DNA of 64,000 nucleotides from Rhina ancylostomus. Its lineage: Eukaryota. Of this stretch, positions 62,201 to 64,000 are shown piece after piece. Each line of letters begins with the position of its first letter. Within the stretch, counting starts at the first letter, position 1. The stretch covers positions 17,306,451-17,370,450 of the forward strand of contig JARFYF010000064.1 in NCBI GenBank assembly GCA_030265395.1, read 5' to 3'. The notes below the pieces were generated by a model. It saw nothing but the letters and a program-made list of their open reading frames with translations. It searched no databases and was not told where the DNA came from. The translations under genes were made by a program, and so were the position numbers.

Positions 62201-63714
62201 ATATCTTGAATCGTATTGCTGAACAGTGAGGACATAATTCAATGGATTTTCTCCATGAGAGATGTCAACATGTCATTCAAAATCACAGGGTTGCCCATGT
62301 ATTAGGCAGACATCTCTATATCACTGCCAAAGAAGGGGAAAGTACTTAATAAAACTACAGAGAAGTAACGACAGTTATTGCTAAAATGTACATTAGTACA
62401 ATAGAAACCTTCACAGATGAAAATTTATTAACCCCATTCCAGGATGAAAAATTAGGCAACATTTTAGAAAAGGAAAACCACATCGCTCGGTTACAAACTG
62501 CACAGATTTTGGGGAGCAGCACATCAACTTCAAAATTGTCACTTTAATTGATTTAAAGAATGGACTCAACTGATTGACGTGTAATGGCCACTGATTTGAT
62601 TGACTGTGGGATACTTCATTCATTGTGCATGCACTCATTGTTCTACAGTGTTTAAATAGCCCTGCCTTGCAAGATGGCAACCTCAGTAAAGAACTGGAGT
62701 TTAAAAATGTAGCCACTCAGAAAGATGTCTAAGACCTGTACATTGTTTTATGGCTTCCCTTTGTTCGTGTGCTGCATCAGTTGGGTCCCAGGCTTCAGAA
62801 CCAATACAGTATGGTGCAAGACACATCATTGTAAAGGTTCTGAATAACCTAGACTGCAAATGACATTGTTGTCCTTGAAAATGACTTGAATAGTGCTTAG
62901 GAATAGCTATTGAAACTGTCATCCCATTGAGGATGTGACACTTTACTGTGAAGTAATTTAAGCGATTCAGTGAATGGAATCGTCAGAAGTAGACAATGGC
63001 ATGAAAATCTATCATTTGGATGCCACCATGAAAGTTTGAGAGGATCCACTGTCTGTTTGTCTCTAAAAANNNNNNNNNNNNNNNNNNNNNNNNNNNNNNN
63101 NNNNNNNNNNNNNNNNNNNNNNNNNNNNNNNNNNNNNNNNNNNNNNNNNNNNNNNNNNNNNNNNNNNNNTCTCTAAAAATCGGGAAATTAATTTCTACCA
63201 AACCATTTTCTTCAATCTTAAAAGCACTCTGCAGGAGGGAAATTAGAAGCTGTTAAATTTTTGGGATGTATTTCACGTTAAGTGCTAAGGGCCACAACCA
63301 TAAGTGAGATCGTGCTTTCTATCTGTGACCTTATGCACACATTACCCAGCCATCAAACAGAAATCCCATTTATAGTTGAGTGGATAAGACATGAACCCTC
63401 TGGAGATACATTTAGACATAGACAAGCAGAAGAACAAATGCTTTTCATCAGATACTATTGATTACAGAACAGGTTATGGATAAAGTAACACACAAACAAA
63501 AACAACAGATGATACATTGGTGTACTTTGTTTCTAAGGTGCTCCATTCAAAGGTATGAAACTTCATATCTTCTGATATAAATCTGGACTGGCATCTGTAC
63601 TAAACGCTTGCATATCTATCTATTTCTAGATCTAGTAGAATTAAGATTCTTGACTGGCTGCATTCAGAGGATTACACATACAAGTTCAAGCAGAAATCAC
63701 TCAAGAATGTTTAG

Positions 63715-63865
63715 GTGTTGAAAATCAGGGATTTAGCTTAAGGTTGAAAGGGGATCTGAGGAAGTATTTTTTCCCCACCCAGAGGGTAGTTGGAATCAGG
63801 AATGCAGTGCCTGAGGGAATGGTGGAGGCAGGTATTCTCACAACATTTAGGAAGTATCTAGATGA
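63715..63865 (+). mobile_element. CR1 3' fragment
   Basis: gggatctgaggaagtatttttt...cccagagggtagttggaatcaggaatgcagtgcctgag. Confidence 0.7.
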
Positions 63866-63929
63866 TTGTAGTATGCAATAAACAGCCACCCCTGGCTTCT
63901 CTTTAATGTCTGTGTCAAAGCTGTGATGA

Positions 63930-64000
63930 GGCTGCAGGCCTCCAAACCATCGAGGACATCTTCAAGAGGTGGTGCCTCAAGAAGGAGGCATCCATCATCT
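63930..64000 (+). mobile_element. Rex1/Babar fragment (runs off the window)
   Basis: accatcgaggacatcttcaagaggtggtgcctcaagaaggaggcatccatc (TIEDIFKRWCLKKEASI). Confidence 0.8.

Noticed and set aside
1-64000. CRISPR array, prokaryotic operon, phage or defence system
   Set aside because: No regularly spaced repeats or gene-dense ORFs. The sequence is vertebrate non-coding DNA.

Overview
Eukaryotic, AT-rich, repeat-dense non-coding DNA from a cartilaginous fish (elasmobranch, probably a batoid; inferred from the repeat set). It comes from a gapped draft assembly with many 10-N and 100-N scaffold gaps. I cannot recognise any intact host gene, rRNA, tRNA or CRISPR array. Most ORFs in the track are decayed retroelement fragments, N-run artefacts or chance frames. 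Much of the window is 5'-truncated retroelement: CR1/HER1 LINEs, Rex1/Babar LINEs, RTE LINEs, L2 and possibly L1 relics, Penelope-like (PLE) remnants, two V-SINE types (CR1-tailed HE1-like and a younger Rex1-tailed type), a Deu-domain SINE and a solo LTR with target-site duplication. The most notable items are degenerate minimal hammerhead ribozyme motifs in the PLE terminal repeats (including a recurrent CUGAUGC core variant), a ~310-bp fold-back element at 56950-57260, CpG-retaining regulatory-looking patches at ~7.4-8.0 kb and ~20.7-21.7 kb, and a few unassigned candidate exons. Repeat boundaries were read by eye and are approximate. Family names come from motif recognition, not database searches.
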